The position numbers and the translations under genes are program-made. Of a stretch of DNA of 64,000 bases, positions 1 through 9,407 are shown one piece after another. Below the pieces are notes generated by a model. It saw only the letters and a program-made list of their open reading frames with translations. It did not search any database and was not told where the DNA came from. Origin of the DNA: an uncultured Acidobacteriota bacterium (GTDB lineage: Bacteria; Acidobacteriota; Blastocatellia; RBC074); NCBI GenBank assembly GCA_963796275.1, contig CAWCKY010000003.1, positions 352,001 through 416,000 on the forward strand, given 5' to 3'. Positions within the stretch are counted from its first letter, which is position 1. Each line of letters opens with the position of its first letter.

Positions 1-2
1 AT

Positions 3-95
3 CGACCTACTCCAGAAATGTTGCAACAAACAGTCGACGAACTCAGAGTGAAAGGCTTGCGATTCGGAGATTGGGTAATCGATGATGGTTTTTGA
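3..95 (+). CDS. 3' end of a CDS truncated by the window edge (...RPTPEMLQQTVDELRVKGLRFGDWVIDDGF*), possibly a toxin C-terminus
   Basis: Frame 3 is open from the window start to TGA at 93-95, 27 nt before the next gene. Frame 2 is also open to 85, so the frame is uncertain. Confidence 0.4.
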   Translation, partial: RPTPEMLQQTVDELRVKGLRFGDWVIDDGF

Positions 96-122
96 AGCAG
101 AAGCGAGATAGGAGAAGATGAT

Positions 123-713
123 ATGTTAGAAGATCTACACGACTGCATGGCAAATATCTGCTTTTGGGCGATGTATGAAAAGACCATCGATCGCGCAACG
201 GACCGCATTCTTGGTAAATACATATACGACCCCATCAGCAGAGTGTCTCCGAAGGAGCGGGTGAGACAAATACATGAAGCGCTTGCAAGCAATGAAAAGT
301 TGAGCGAAAGCGATATAGGTGTACCTCAAGACTACAGATGGTCAGAGGAAGCATTTCGAGAGCTATTAACTCAATTAGTCGATCGGATCGAATTTTATGA
401 GTCGAACGGATTACCTAAAATTCAAGATGTCAGCAAGCTGACCGAAAGACTAGAAAAGTTGCGCCCTCTAGTGCAACCCCTAGCGGAGACAACCACGTTA
501 TCCGCTGCCATCAAAAAATTTGAGGAAAAAGTGCTGCCCAATCTCGGTGATTACAACGCTCGTATGGATACTAGGGAATTACTCCGCAATGTATTATGGT
601 TTGATACTAGCAAAATCCTACCAGTGTTTTTTACTCCAGATGTTACTGATTCTACATTTCGAGAATATTTACGAAATATCGCCTGGAAAATAGAGGATGC
701 TAGAAGATCTTAG
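123..713 (+). CDS. Hypothetical helical protein with an internal duplication; candidate immunity protein
   Basis: 196-aa ORF with GGAGA RBS, AT-richer than neighbours; the halves end in similar motifs (SEEAFRELLTQLVDRIE / TDSTFREYLRNIAWKIE). Confidence 0.7.
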   Translation: MLEDLHDCMANICFWAMYEKTIDRATDRILGKYIYDPISRVSPKERVRQIHEALASNEKLSESDIGVPQDYRWSEEAFRELLTQLVDRIEFYESNGLPKIQDVSKLTERLEKLRPLVQPLAETTTLSAAIKKFEEKVLPNLGDYNARMDTRELLRNVLWFDTSKILPVFFTPDVTDSTFREYLRNIAWKIEDARRS

Positions 714-928
714 ATAGTTATAGCTGAAGCCATATCAGGCGATATCATTTAATTGCATCGAGTAATCGCATCGAGATCATCCTGGTAGACCGCATGGATA
801 TTAACCCCCTCTCCCTATTCCAGACCGGGATAAACAGATATGCACTTGCCTCTCAAACGCCGATTGCGTTTAATTGGCTCGCCAAATCAGGCGAAATGCA
901 CGCAACAAAACTTTGAGGGCCAGGGAAA

Positions 929-2353
929 ATGAGCGAATATTTCATCTCCGGAGAACGCGGAACGAAGAGCACGAGCTCCATTTTGCTCGACGACACAAGC
1001 AGCGGGGGCAAAACGAGCGCAAGCGAAAAGAGCTACAGATATAAGAAACGCGGGTTCATATGGCTGGCGGCGACGCTGATGTTGGTCTCTTCTTACTCAT
1101 TCGTCACGCTATCCCAGACGACCGAAAAGAAAGAGACGCCCAAGCGCGTCGCCATCAAAGCCGGGCGAATGTTCGATGCTAAAACCGGCGCAGTCGCGAA
1201 CGGCGCGGTCATCCTGATCGAAGGCGATAAGATCACCGCCGCCGGCCCCGACGTGAGCCTTCCAGCTGGAGCCGAGGTCATTGACCTGAAAGGGATGACA
1301 ATCCTGCCGGGCCTGATCGATTGCCACACGCATATCACGGCGCAGCCGGGCAATTATTACGAAGACAAATTCCGCAGAAGCCCGATCGACGTTGCCGTTA
1401 CCGCTCATGTTTACGCGCGCCGCACGCTTGAAGCCGGCTTTACGACCGTGCGCGACGTGGGCGCAGGCGAATTTATCGACGTGGCGCTGCGCAACGCCAT
1501 CAACAGTGGTGACGTAGTTGGCCCTCGAATGCAGGTCGCTACACTCACCGTGGGTGCGACCGGCGGGCACGGCGACACCACTGGCTTTTCGCCTTATCTG
1601 AAATTTGGCAGTTTCTCAGGCCTCGCCGACGGCGTTGACGAAATTCGCAAGCTGATCCGCTTCGAGGTCAAATACGGCGCCGATCTGATCAAGATGATCG
1701 CGACGGCTGGCGTGCTATCAGAAGAAGAGTCGGTCGGGGCGCCACAATTTTCGCAAGAGGAGATGAACGCCATAGTCGAGGAGGCAAAGATGTGGGGCAA
1801 GCGCGTCGCCGCTCACGCTCACGGCCCAGAAGGCATCAAGCGAGCCGTTCGAGCCGGAGTGACCTCGATCGAACACGGCAGCCTGATCGACGACGAAGGC
1901 ATCAGGATGATGAAAGAGCGCGGAACTTATCTGGTCGCCGACATATATAACGACGATTATATTCTGGCTGAATTCTCAAAGCTCGGCTATCCCGCCAAGA
2001 TCATCGAAAAAGAGCGATTGGTCGGTCGCACACAGCGCGAGAATTTCCAGAAGGCTGCTAAAGCCGGAGTGAGGATCGCTTTCGGCACGGACGCCGGAGT
2101 CTATCCGCACGGTTGGAATGCCAAACAATTCGCCCATATGGTCAAGTGGGGATTGACACCGGCGCAAGCAATTCAGGCGGCGACGGTAAACGCGGCTGAT
2201 CTGCTCGGCTGGAATGACAAGATCGGGGTAATTGCACCCGGCACCTTCGCCGACCTCATCGCGGTTGACGGCGATCCGCTGAAAGACGTGACCGAGCTCG
2301 AGCGGGTGAAGTTCGTGATGAAAGGTGGAAGAGTATATAAAGCAGCAAGGTAA
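929..2353 (+). CDS. Exported metal-dependent amidohydrolase (Xaa-Pro dipeptidase-like)
   Basis: PGLIDCHTH (HxH), GFTTVRDVG, AAHAHG, SIEHG and FGTDAG motifs; hydrophobic signal-like segment near the N-terminus. Confidence 0.92.
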   Translation: MSEYFISGERGTKSTSSILLDDTSSGGKTSASEKSYRYKKRGFIWLAATLMLVSSYSFVTLSQTTEKKETPKRVAIKAGRMFDAKTGAVANGAVILIEGDKITAAGPDVSLPAGAEVIDLKGMTILPGLIDCHTHITAQPGNYYEDKFRRSPIDVAVTAHVYARRTLEAGFTTVRDVGAGEFIDVALRNAINSGDVVGPRMQVATLTVGATGGHGDTTGFSPYLKFGSFSGLADGVDEIRKLIRFEVKYGADLIKMIATAGVLSEEESVGAPQFSQEEMNAIVEEAKMWGKRVAAHAHGPEGIKRAVRAGVTSIEHGSLIDDEGIRMMKERGTYLVADIYNDDYILAEFSKLGYPAKIIEKERLVGRTQRENFQKAAKAGVRIAFGTDAGVYPHGWNAKQFAHMVKWGLTPAQAIQAATVNAADLLGWNDKIGVIAPGTFADLIAVDGDPLKDVTELERVKFVMKGGRVYKAAR

Positions 2354-2533
2354 CATCTTCGCGTGCGCGTATGGGTGAATGCGCTTCGGCAAATACGCCG
2401 GCTCCCTATGGCCATCGGGGTTTGCCGATCCTACAGTGATAAGCCCAATGACGAAAATCGGACTTCTCAAACTGTTTTTTTCGTTCTTGTGCAAGAAGCA
2501 ATACTTATCAACGAGTATTTGCGTGAGTGTAAT

Positions 2534-3382
2534 ATGAATGAAGATAGGGATGTCCAGGGAATTATAAGTTTGCAGAGCATACCGGCAGATCCTGACTCTC
2601 CGGCCGGTGGTGGAGGTCCAGGTCGGTTCCGTATGCCTGGACCACTCGGCGCTGATATGCGGTCACCGATTTACCCGGCAGACCGGATTGAGTCAGCATA
2701 TCAAATATCTTCATCGGCGAGGGCGCCCAGGCTTTCATTCAGCCAGTGGGCGGAAAAGAAGATGTGGGATCTGTACAAAGATCATGCCCATGAAGTTGGG
2801 TCGCATTATGCCGGTGATCGAACGGGTAAACAGGCAACAGATTGTATAACCTATATTAAACACGTACTGATGTACGCTTATGGAAAGATTGGTAAGCGAG
2901 ACGTTGCGGATCAGATTCTGAAAATTTGGCAGGATACAAGAAGTGGCACTGATCTGGGAAAATATCTCGTGAGCATCGACTGGCACGCCTATTACTGGAA
3001 CCCCGATGTCAGGCTCTCGAAAGACGGACAATCCGAACATCCGAGTAGCTACAAAAACATGGTAAAAAAGACTGGTTTGTACTACGGGATCCCGATTAAC
3101 GGATGTATCATCAACTATAACCCTACGCCGGGATCAGCCACTAACCAATCTAAAAAAATGGGCGCATTCGAAAGATTCTCGCGGGTAAGGTTTGCCTATG
3201 CAATTGCCAGGGGGGGACTTCATACCTTCATGTGTTCTTACGGCATGGTGTTTGAAGTCCATTGGGACGAAATCGGAGAAAAATTGTATGAGACATCAGC
3301 GTTCTATTACTATCAATATCTATCTGGATTAGTATTCATTCCACCGGATACGAACTTTGAAGCCGACCCCGTCGATGGGTAG
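2534..3382 (+). CDS. Hypothetical protein with an NlpC/P60- or papain-like Cys-His signature; candidate peptidoglycan amidase effector
   Basis: ATG 2534 within ORF 2363..3382; TDCITY, RGGLHTF and FEVHW motifs; no signal peptide. Confidence 0.65.
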   Translation: MNEDRDVQGIISLQSIPADPDSPAGGGGPGRFRMPGPLGADMRSPIYPADRIESAYQISSSARAPRLSFSQWAEKKMWDLYKDHAHEVGSHYAGDRTGKQATDCITYIKHVLMYAYGKIGKRDVADQILKIWQDTRSGTDLGKYLVSIDWHAYYWNPDVRLSKDGQSEHPSSYKNMVKKTGLYYGIPINGCIINYNPTPGSATNQSKKMGAFERFSRVRFAYAIARGGLHTFMCSYGMVFEVHWDEIGEKLYETSAFYYYQYLSGLVFIPPDTNFEADPVDG

Positions 3383-3398
3383 GTCGATAGGTAGATTG

Positions 3399-3887
3399 AT
3401 GAAGATAATGAGAATGAAATCTTATGGTTTGAGTTTCTGGTCTTGCTGCCTACTGATATTGCTCGGATGCCAGCAGCGCGATGATTATTTCAAGCGCCAG
3501 GAAGAGGCGCTTACCTCCTGGGGCTATCGAATCCAGAAGCAACCCGATGCCGCGCCAACGGAATGGGAAAAAAAGATGTTCAACCTGGAGCAGAAGAGAA
3601 GCATTTATGCCAAGAGTGTCACCCCGGTACCCGGATCTACTGATACCTATTACCGCTACACGCTGACCGAAGAGCAGTATCCGGATAAGGAAAAAGCAAA
3701 GCATAGGCTGGACCATCTCTTCGAGAAACCGCCGGATTTCGACATGCAGAACATGTACAGCTTTACATTACGGAAAGGATATCAGCGTCATAACTTCGTA
3801 TTTGTGATTGGAACAGATGCAGCAATGTTTGAAAGCGAGATGCATAAGGTGGCAGAGAAGCTTCAGTCGATTACAGAGGGACACTGA
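3399..3887 (+). CDS. Predicted lipoprotein; candidate periplasmic immunity protein
   Basis: Basic N-terminus, hydrophobic stretch and lipobox LLG-C; starts 16 nt after the upstream stop. Confidence 0.7.
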   Translation: MKIMRMKSYGLSFWSCCLLILLGCQQRDDYFKRQEEALTSWGYRIQKQPDAAPTEWEKKMFNLEQKRSIYAKSVTPVPGSTDTYYRYTLTEEQYPDKEKAKHRLDHLFEKPPDFDMQNMYSFTLRKGYQRHNFVFVIGTDAAMFESEMHKVAEKLQSITEGH

Positions 3888-3951
3888 TTGCCTGAGAGGG
3901 GCATGGCTCAACTGGCGACAAGCATATCCAATGTAGCAGATACTCAAATCC

Positions 3952-5184
3952 TCACGAGAAGGCGGGTATGAATTTCAAACAGACTGGTGTCGGTACCTCG
4001 GTCACCAGCCCTGCCGGCTTCAGTTTTCCGCTCTTTTGATCTATCAGGAACGTCACAACCGTATCACTATTTTGATTCGCGGCGAGCAAAAACGCTCCAG
4101 TCGGATCGATCCCGAAATTACGCGGCGTTTTGCCTTGGGTTGATTCGTGGGCGAGGTAATTGAGGTTGCCTGTGCGTTCGTCAATTGTGAAAGCGACGAT
4201 GCTATCGTGGCCGCGGTTTGAGCCATAAAGAAATTTACCCGATGGATGTACATGCAGATCTGCGCAGCTGTTCTTACCCTGAAACCCTTCCGGCAGAGTC
4301 GACACTGTTTGCCGTTCTTTCAGTACGCCTCTGGAATTGTCGTAAGCAAATGCGGTCAAACTTGAGTCGAGCTCGTTGATGAGGTAAGCGTATTTTCCGT
4401 CGGGGTGAATGATGAAGTGACGCGGACCCGCCCCAGGTTTGGTCGGTGCAAACGGAGTTGAGTTAGGCGTAAGTTTTCCCGTCTTTCCATCGAAACGATA
4501 GATCATTACCTTGTCGATCCCGAGATCGGCGGCGAAGGCATACCTGCCCGACCGGTCGAGTACGATGCAATGTGCGTGAGGCCCTTCCTGACGGCTGGGA
4601 TCTTTGCCCCTACCCTGGTGTTGAACTACATCTGCCGATTCTCCCAAACTGCCATCGCTTTTAATCGGCAGGACGGCCAGGCTGCCGCTGCTGTAATTAG
4701 CTACCAGCACAAATTTTCCAGATGGATCGACAGTGATGTAACAGGGCGATGTTCCCTGCGAAGCTTGCTGATTCAGCTTTCTCAATTCTCCTGAACTCTG
4801 ATCGATTGCAAATGCCGTCACCGCGCCTGTCGGTTTCCCCGAGAATTCGGCGACTTCATTGACTGCATAAAGATGCGTATGGTTCGCGTCGATGGCCAGA
4901 TACGACGGATTGACGATGTCCCGTGCGATGCCCAGAGGTTTCAACTCCCCCGAGGACCGATTCATGCGATAAAGGTAGATGCCCTCGCTATTTCCGCTGG
5001 TGTATGTGCCAACATATAAAATCAAATCCTGTGTTGAAAAGCCCAGAGCCTTTTTGTCGATTGGCAGTGAAAGTGTGAGCCCTGCCAATCCGGCAGCTTT
5101 GATCAATTCGCGTCGAGAATAGCTTCTATTTGAATGCGACGCATCCTTATTCGATTTGAGAGAATATGGTTTGTTGTATTTCAA
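3952..5184 (-). CDS. pgl: 6-phosphogluconolactonase (lactonase 7-bladed beta-propeller family), Tat-exported
   Basis: YVGTYT, NPSYLA, RQEGPHAH, ADLGIDK, GAGPRH, SNRGHDS, TPRNF motifs; SRRELIK Tat motif. Confidence 0.9.
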   Translation of the reverse strand: MKYNKPYSLKSNKDASHSNRSYSRRELIKAAGLAGLTLSLPIDKKALGFSTQDLILYVGTYTSGNSEGIYLYRMNRSSGELKPLGIARDIVNPSYLAIDANHTHLYAVNEVAEFSGKPTGAVTAFAIDQSSGELRKLNQQASQGTSPCYITVDPSGKFVLVANYSSGSLAVLPIKSDGSLGESADVVQHQGRGKDPSRQEGPHAHCIVLDRSGRYAFAADLGIDKVMIYRFDGKTGKLTPNSTPFAPTKPGAGPRHFIIHPDGKYAYLINELDSSLTAFAYDNSRGVLKERQTVSTLPEGFQGKNSCADLHVHPSGKFLYGSNRGHDSIVAFTIDERTGNLNYLAHESTQGKTPRNFGIDPTGAFLLAANQNSDTVVTFLIDQKSGKLKPAGLVTEVPTPVCLKFIPAFS

Positions 5185-5226
5185 TAGAGTTCACCTGTCG
5201 GTCTTAATTTGCTTACTATCTCCGCA

Positions 5227-6591
5227 TCAAATCAAATCCCAGGGTTTGCGAGCCTGTCGCCCAAGTAACTTCGACGCCTCCGGTTCGCCCGCGAAATTTT
5301 CTTTAGCAGCATCCCAATGTAATTTTCTCCCGGTCTTGTATGCGATGTTGCCGAGGTGTGGCACGATCGTCGATCGGTGGCCGATCTCTACATCGGCATT
5401 GGGCGTCTGGCGCGATCGCACGCATTCGATGAAGTTCTTTACATGCAAATCTGTGGCATCTTTTGAAGAGATTCTCTTCGCTTCCATGCGATGACCTGTG
5501 ATCGGCGCATTCAAGTCCTGTGAGCCGTCTTTACGTGCGATGGCTTTCCGCTCAGGGTAAATCTCGAAGCCGATCCGATCGGCGATCAACGTTCCGTTTG
5601 TGCCGTAGTAGGCTTCGCCGTGAGGCCGGTCGTCTTTGTCGCGCATCTGGTAATAAGACATACCCGGCGTGCGGCCTCCCATCCCGTGCGCGTTGATATT
5701 GCAGGCCTCATAGCTCAGGATGAATCCCTCGTATTCGTAGGTTACCTGCAGCACATCAGGCATCTCGCCTGAATCTTTCAAAAAGAACCGGCCGCCTGAA
5801 GCCGAGACCGTCTTCGGTGCATCGACGCCCATAATCTGATGCACAGTGTCGAAGCGATGAGTACCGAAGTCTGTGATAGATCCTCCGGCATAATCCCAGA
5901 ACCAGCGAAAGGTCCGCAGGAAACGGCTTTTATTGAATGGCCGCATGGGTGCCGGACCGAGATACATGTCCCAATTGAGCCCTTCCGGCACCGGCGAATC
6001 AGGGGGCTTGCCTATGCCGTTTGGCGTCATGTTGCTGTAGTTCCAGACGCGCACGAATCGTACTTCACCCAGTTCCCCGGATTGAACGATCCGCTGCACC
6101 TCACGGTAATGTGGCGCCGATCGATGTTGCACGCCCGCCTGCACTATGCGGTTGTATTGCCGCGCAGCCTTCACCATCGCGCGTCCTTCTTCGACGTTGT
6201 GCGCGAGCGGTTTTTCGACGTAAACGTCTTTGCCGGCCTGACACGCCAGAATAGTCGGGATCGCGTGCCAATGGTCGGGCGTTGCGATGTGCACGGCGTC
6301 GAGCTCTTTCTGTTCGAGCAGTTTTCTGAAATCTTGATAAATGCGTGATGACGGCCCGGCCCATACCTTGGCAGCACTGGCATTCGGTTCATAAACATCG
6401 CAGACGGCTCCATATTCCGCGCCGGGAACTTCGCGCATCTGCCGTGCCACCCCCATTCCGCGGCCCCCGCATCCGATCAGACCGATGATCACGCGGTCAT
6501 TCGCTCCCCGTATCCTATTGGCGGATAGAGCGGTGGTCGAGATGACCGCCGTCTGTTGAAGTGTCTGTTTGATGAACTCGCGCCGCTTCAT
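5227..6591 (-). CDS. Gfo/Idh/MocA family oxidoreductase, Tat-exported
   Basis: KRREFIK, IGCGGRG, ATPDHWHA, KDVYVEKP. Confidence 0.93.
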   Translation of the reverse strand: MKRREFIKQTLQQTAVISTTALSANRIRGANDRVIIGLIGCGGRGMGVARQMREVPGAEYGAVCDVYEPNASAAKVWAGPSSRIYQDFRKLLEQKELDAVHIATPDHWHAIPTILACQAGKDVYVEKPLAHNVEEGRAMVKAARQYNRIVQAGVQHRSAPHYREVQRIVQSGELGEVRFVRVWNYSNMTPNGIGKPPDSPVPEGLNWDMYLGPAPMRPFNKSRFLRTFRWFWDYAGGSITDFGTHRFDTVHQIMGVDAPKTVSASGGRFFLKDSGEMPDVLQVTYEYEGFILSYEACNINAHGMGGRTPGMSYYQMRDKDDRPHGEAYYGTNGTLIADRIGFEIYPERKAIARKDGSQDLNAPITGHRMEAKRISSKDATDLHVKNFIECVRSRQTPNADVEIGHRSTIVPHLGNIAYKTGRKLHWDAAKENFAGEPEASKLLGRQARKPWDLI

Positions 6592-6643
6592 CGTTTCACT
6601 CCGTTTCTGACTTTTTTAGTCTTTGGTGGTTTAAGGGAGAAGA

Positions 6644-6731
6644 GAAAATGCGAAATATAGAAAAATAACGAAACATACCAAGTATTTTAGGCATTCGTAT
6701 GTCTCGTTATTTTTCTATGTTTCGTATTTTC
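6644..6731. repeat. Intergenic imperfect inverted repeat with ~35-bp arms
   Basis: gaaaatgcgaaatatagaaaaataacgaaacatac (6644-6678) pairs with gtatgtctcgttatttttctatgtttcgtattttc (6697-6731). Confidence 0.85.
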
Positions 6732-6760
6732 CCTTATATTTCCTGATGCAGGATCATCTT

Positions 6761-8236
6761 TCATTTATCGTTCTGGGCTCCCAGCTCGCGCAGTGCGATG
6801 AGCGAGATAGTAGTAGGTATCCCATTTTCGACACCTACCTTGAGGAGCACCTGGAAAGCGCGGGGCGGACCGTTATTCCTGCCCATCTTGAGGAGACGAC
6901 GATTGAGGTCGCTCAGATGATTATTGCTGGTGACATACTCCGCTGCGGCTTCAGTCCCGGCGCTCCGCAGCCCTGCCAGTATCATCACGACGTTCGGACT
7001 CGAGATATTCGGCTTGATGGTGACGAGCGCGTAGTCTTCCACCAGCTTGCCCGTCGATTCGTCAAATTTCGAACGATACTCACGTTCTTCTCCCGGTTGC
7101 GGATTGGGATTGTTTATCGTCGCCTGGCCGGTGATCTGGAAACCTTCAACCACCGGCAATTTGCCCGACCACTCGTTCGCCCACACACTGCCGAACAGAA
7201 CGACGTGATGTTCTTTCATATCTTCAGCGCTAACTGTCCGGCTGCGCTTAACCGAGACAGTCCTACCTGCTGTGCGCAAAAGATCGGTGACATGCGTTAC
7301 GCCAATCGCCTCTCCCAAACCGGTATACGTGTCGATAGAGAGCACTAGCCGTGGGCTGGGCGGGCTGTGTAGGACCGCGAAGTGATCTCGCATGACTTCA
7401 CTTAATATATTCGCTTTGTCGGGCGGGAGTTCGACCGAATTTTTTATGCTTATCTCATTGTCGCCCGCATTCAGCAAACGATATACAAGCGGATTGCTCA
7501 AGACAAGCAGGATCGAGGCGTCGCCTTTCAGAAATGGTTCCCACACTGAGCCAAGGTTTGCAAATGCATTCGGTGAAATGGCGCCCGAGACCTGTTGTCT
7601 CGACCAGAGGTGAGGATACGCGAGGATGCTGACAACTACCACGAGCACGGCGATCAGCGAATAGAGCAGTCGCAATCGGCTATTCAGGGTTGAGATGATA
7701 TTTTCGTGCGCTATATTTGCCGCTCTGATAGCCTTCCTTACTCCCGGTCCCCCCGCTGTCCCCATCGCCTCCGTTTCAATCGCCCTTTCTTCCGGAGACG
7801 ATGCTTGGAGAGATGAAGGTTGGTCGACACTTTTTTGATCCGGTTGCTCTGACGATGCCTGGGGCTTGTGTATTCGAATGAAGATCGGTTCGTAGCTGCC
7901 GATCGGGATGTCGAGCCTGATCTCATCGTTTGTCCCGTCGCGTTGGTAATAAAGGTCGAGTTTTTTGCGTACGTCGTGTGCGCCTACTCGAACAATCGGG
8001 TCGGACGCCGGATTGTAGCCCTCATCGCGATCGAAAACTTCACGCCCGATCAGATATTCATTCAATTCCCCCGCGCGCCCGTTCAAATAGAAGTCGCAGA
8101 TGAGGCGAAGGAATTTCTGTTTTTTGGGAGCGTGAACGAAATATTTGCTGCTCAGGACACGCGATAAGACCTGATCGACATCCTCCTTATTGGCGGCCGG
8201 CAGAATTTGATGGTCTGGGGTTGATAAAACTGCCAC
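6761..8236 (-). CDS. Membrane-anchored one-component regulator (N-terminal winged-helix-like domain, one TM helix, periplasmic domain)
   Basis: LNEYLIGREVFDR...YNPASDPIVRV...RKKLDLYY...IPIGSYEP N-terminal motif typical of acidobacterial CadC/ToxR-like proteins; TM LLYSLIAVLVVVVSILAY; GTG start with RBS. Confidence 0.75.
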   Translation of the reverse strand: MAVLSTPDHQILPAANKEDVDQVLSRVLSSKYFVHAPKKQKFLRLICDFYLNGRAGELNEYLIGREVFDRDEGYNPASDPIVRVGAHDVRKKLDLYYQRDGTNDEIRLDIPIGSYEPIFIRIHKPQASSEQPDQKSVDQPSSLQASSPEERAIETEAMGTAGGPGVRKAIRAANIAHENIISTLNSRLRLLYSLIAVLVVVVSILAYPHLWSRQQVSGAISPNAFANLGSVWEPFLKGDASILLVLSNPLVYRLLNAGDNEISIKNSVELPPDKANILSEVMRDHFAVLHSPPSPRLVLSIDTYTGLGEAIGVTHVTDLLRTAGRTVSVKRSRTVSAEDMKEHHVVLFGSVWANEWSGKLPVVEGFQITGQATINNPNPQPGEEREYRSKFDESTGKLVEDYALVTIKPNISSPNVVMILAGLRSAGTEAAAEYVTSNNHLSDLNRRLLKMGRNNGPPRAFQVLLKVGVENGIPTTISLIALRELGAQNDK

Positions 8237-9407
8237 GAACTTCTCCCTGACTTAGTTTGGGTGCTGTTTTAGACGACGGATTCTCCGTAGAGTTTACGGA
8301 TTGCACTAATGAACTCGATCATGGATTAATCTCCGAACGATCGGTCCATCTGCAATTATTCCAAAGTGTATTCCACCAAGTCGAACCCAGCAGCTAGTAG
8401 CGATAAGTGTGGCTCCCAGACGAGCAGACCTCATTCGGGTCTTACTCTACTGTCGGAAGTAAATTCAGGTGTTAAGAGGTTCACCTAACTGTTAACAGTA
8501 ATGAATTGCGTGAGCCTTTTGTAAAGCAATTTTAAGGCGGACATCTAATCTCAGCATCCGCTTGAGGATTATAATCCTAAAAACCTCAGCGAACAAAAGA
8601 TCTTGTGGAAATCCAGTCGCGGAATTTTTATCTAGGATTGGTAAGACGGCGTTAATAACCCGTGCCTAACATACTGATAACCGTAAACCTGACGTAAATA
8701 GCCGTAATGTTATTGACCTTTCATTTTTGAATGTCTAAGATTTTGGAAATTTTAGACATAATAGTAATAGTCTATATTTTAACGTCAACATAGAGCGGCG
8801 GATACGAATGAGTAGTACGGAAACAAAGTTTCTCGCTATTGTTTCTAGCCCGCGAAGCGGGCTATCAAAAAACTTAGTTTCCAGAGCTAGGATAATAAAA
8901 GACCGCTGGAAACTACTTATCAATAGCTTTGGTGGGATTCACTGAATTACCGAGAAGCTATCGAGCTGGCCCTGAAGTTCACCTTCTGAACTTCACCAGG
9001 TTGAGAATAAAGAATAGACGCAAGTAACGGATCAAATGGAATTTCGCTGAAATTTCCGTCTGTTCCGTTATTTGCATTTATCGGATGCAGGCGTGATAGA
9101 GAGTCGCATTGCAACGGACTGATAGTTGATAACATCGCATTCGATAAGTCATCGGGCTCTTCAGTTTGTGACCATCTTCGCAGCGATGCTATACTTTCAG
9201 TCTCAAGTTTAACACTTCGCCTGTTTAACCAATTACCGAAGACAATCGGGAAGCAATTCTATGCTCGTTATTCCTGAAATTATTATCGTGTTGCTGCTCA
9301 TCCCGATTCAGGAGCGCGAAACGGTCCGTCAATCCGAGCAACATTTTGCTCGCGGCGCGCATTTCAAATTTACTGATCAACCATATCCTTATTGACAAGG
9401 GGCAAGT

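Noticed and set aside
8370-8400. GGTTCGAC on the minus strand resembling a tRNA T-loop
   Set aside because: No flanking T-stem or cloverleaf can be formed.
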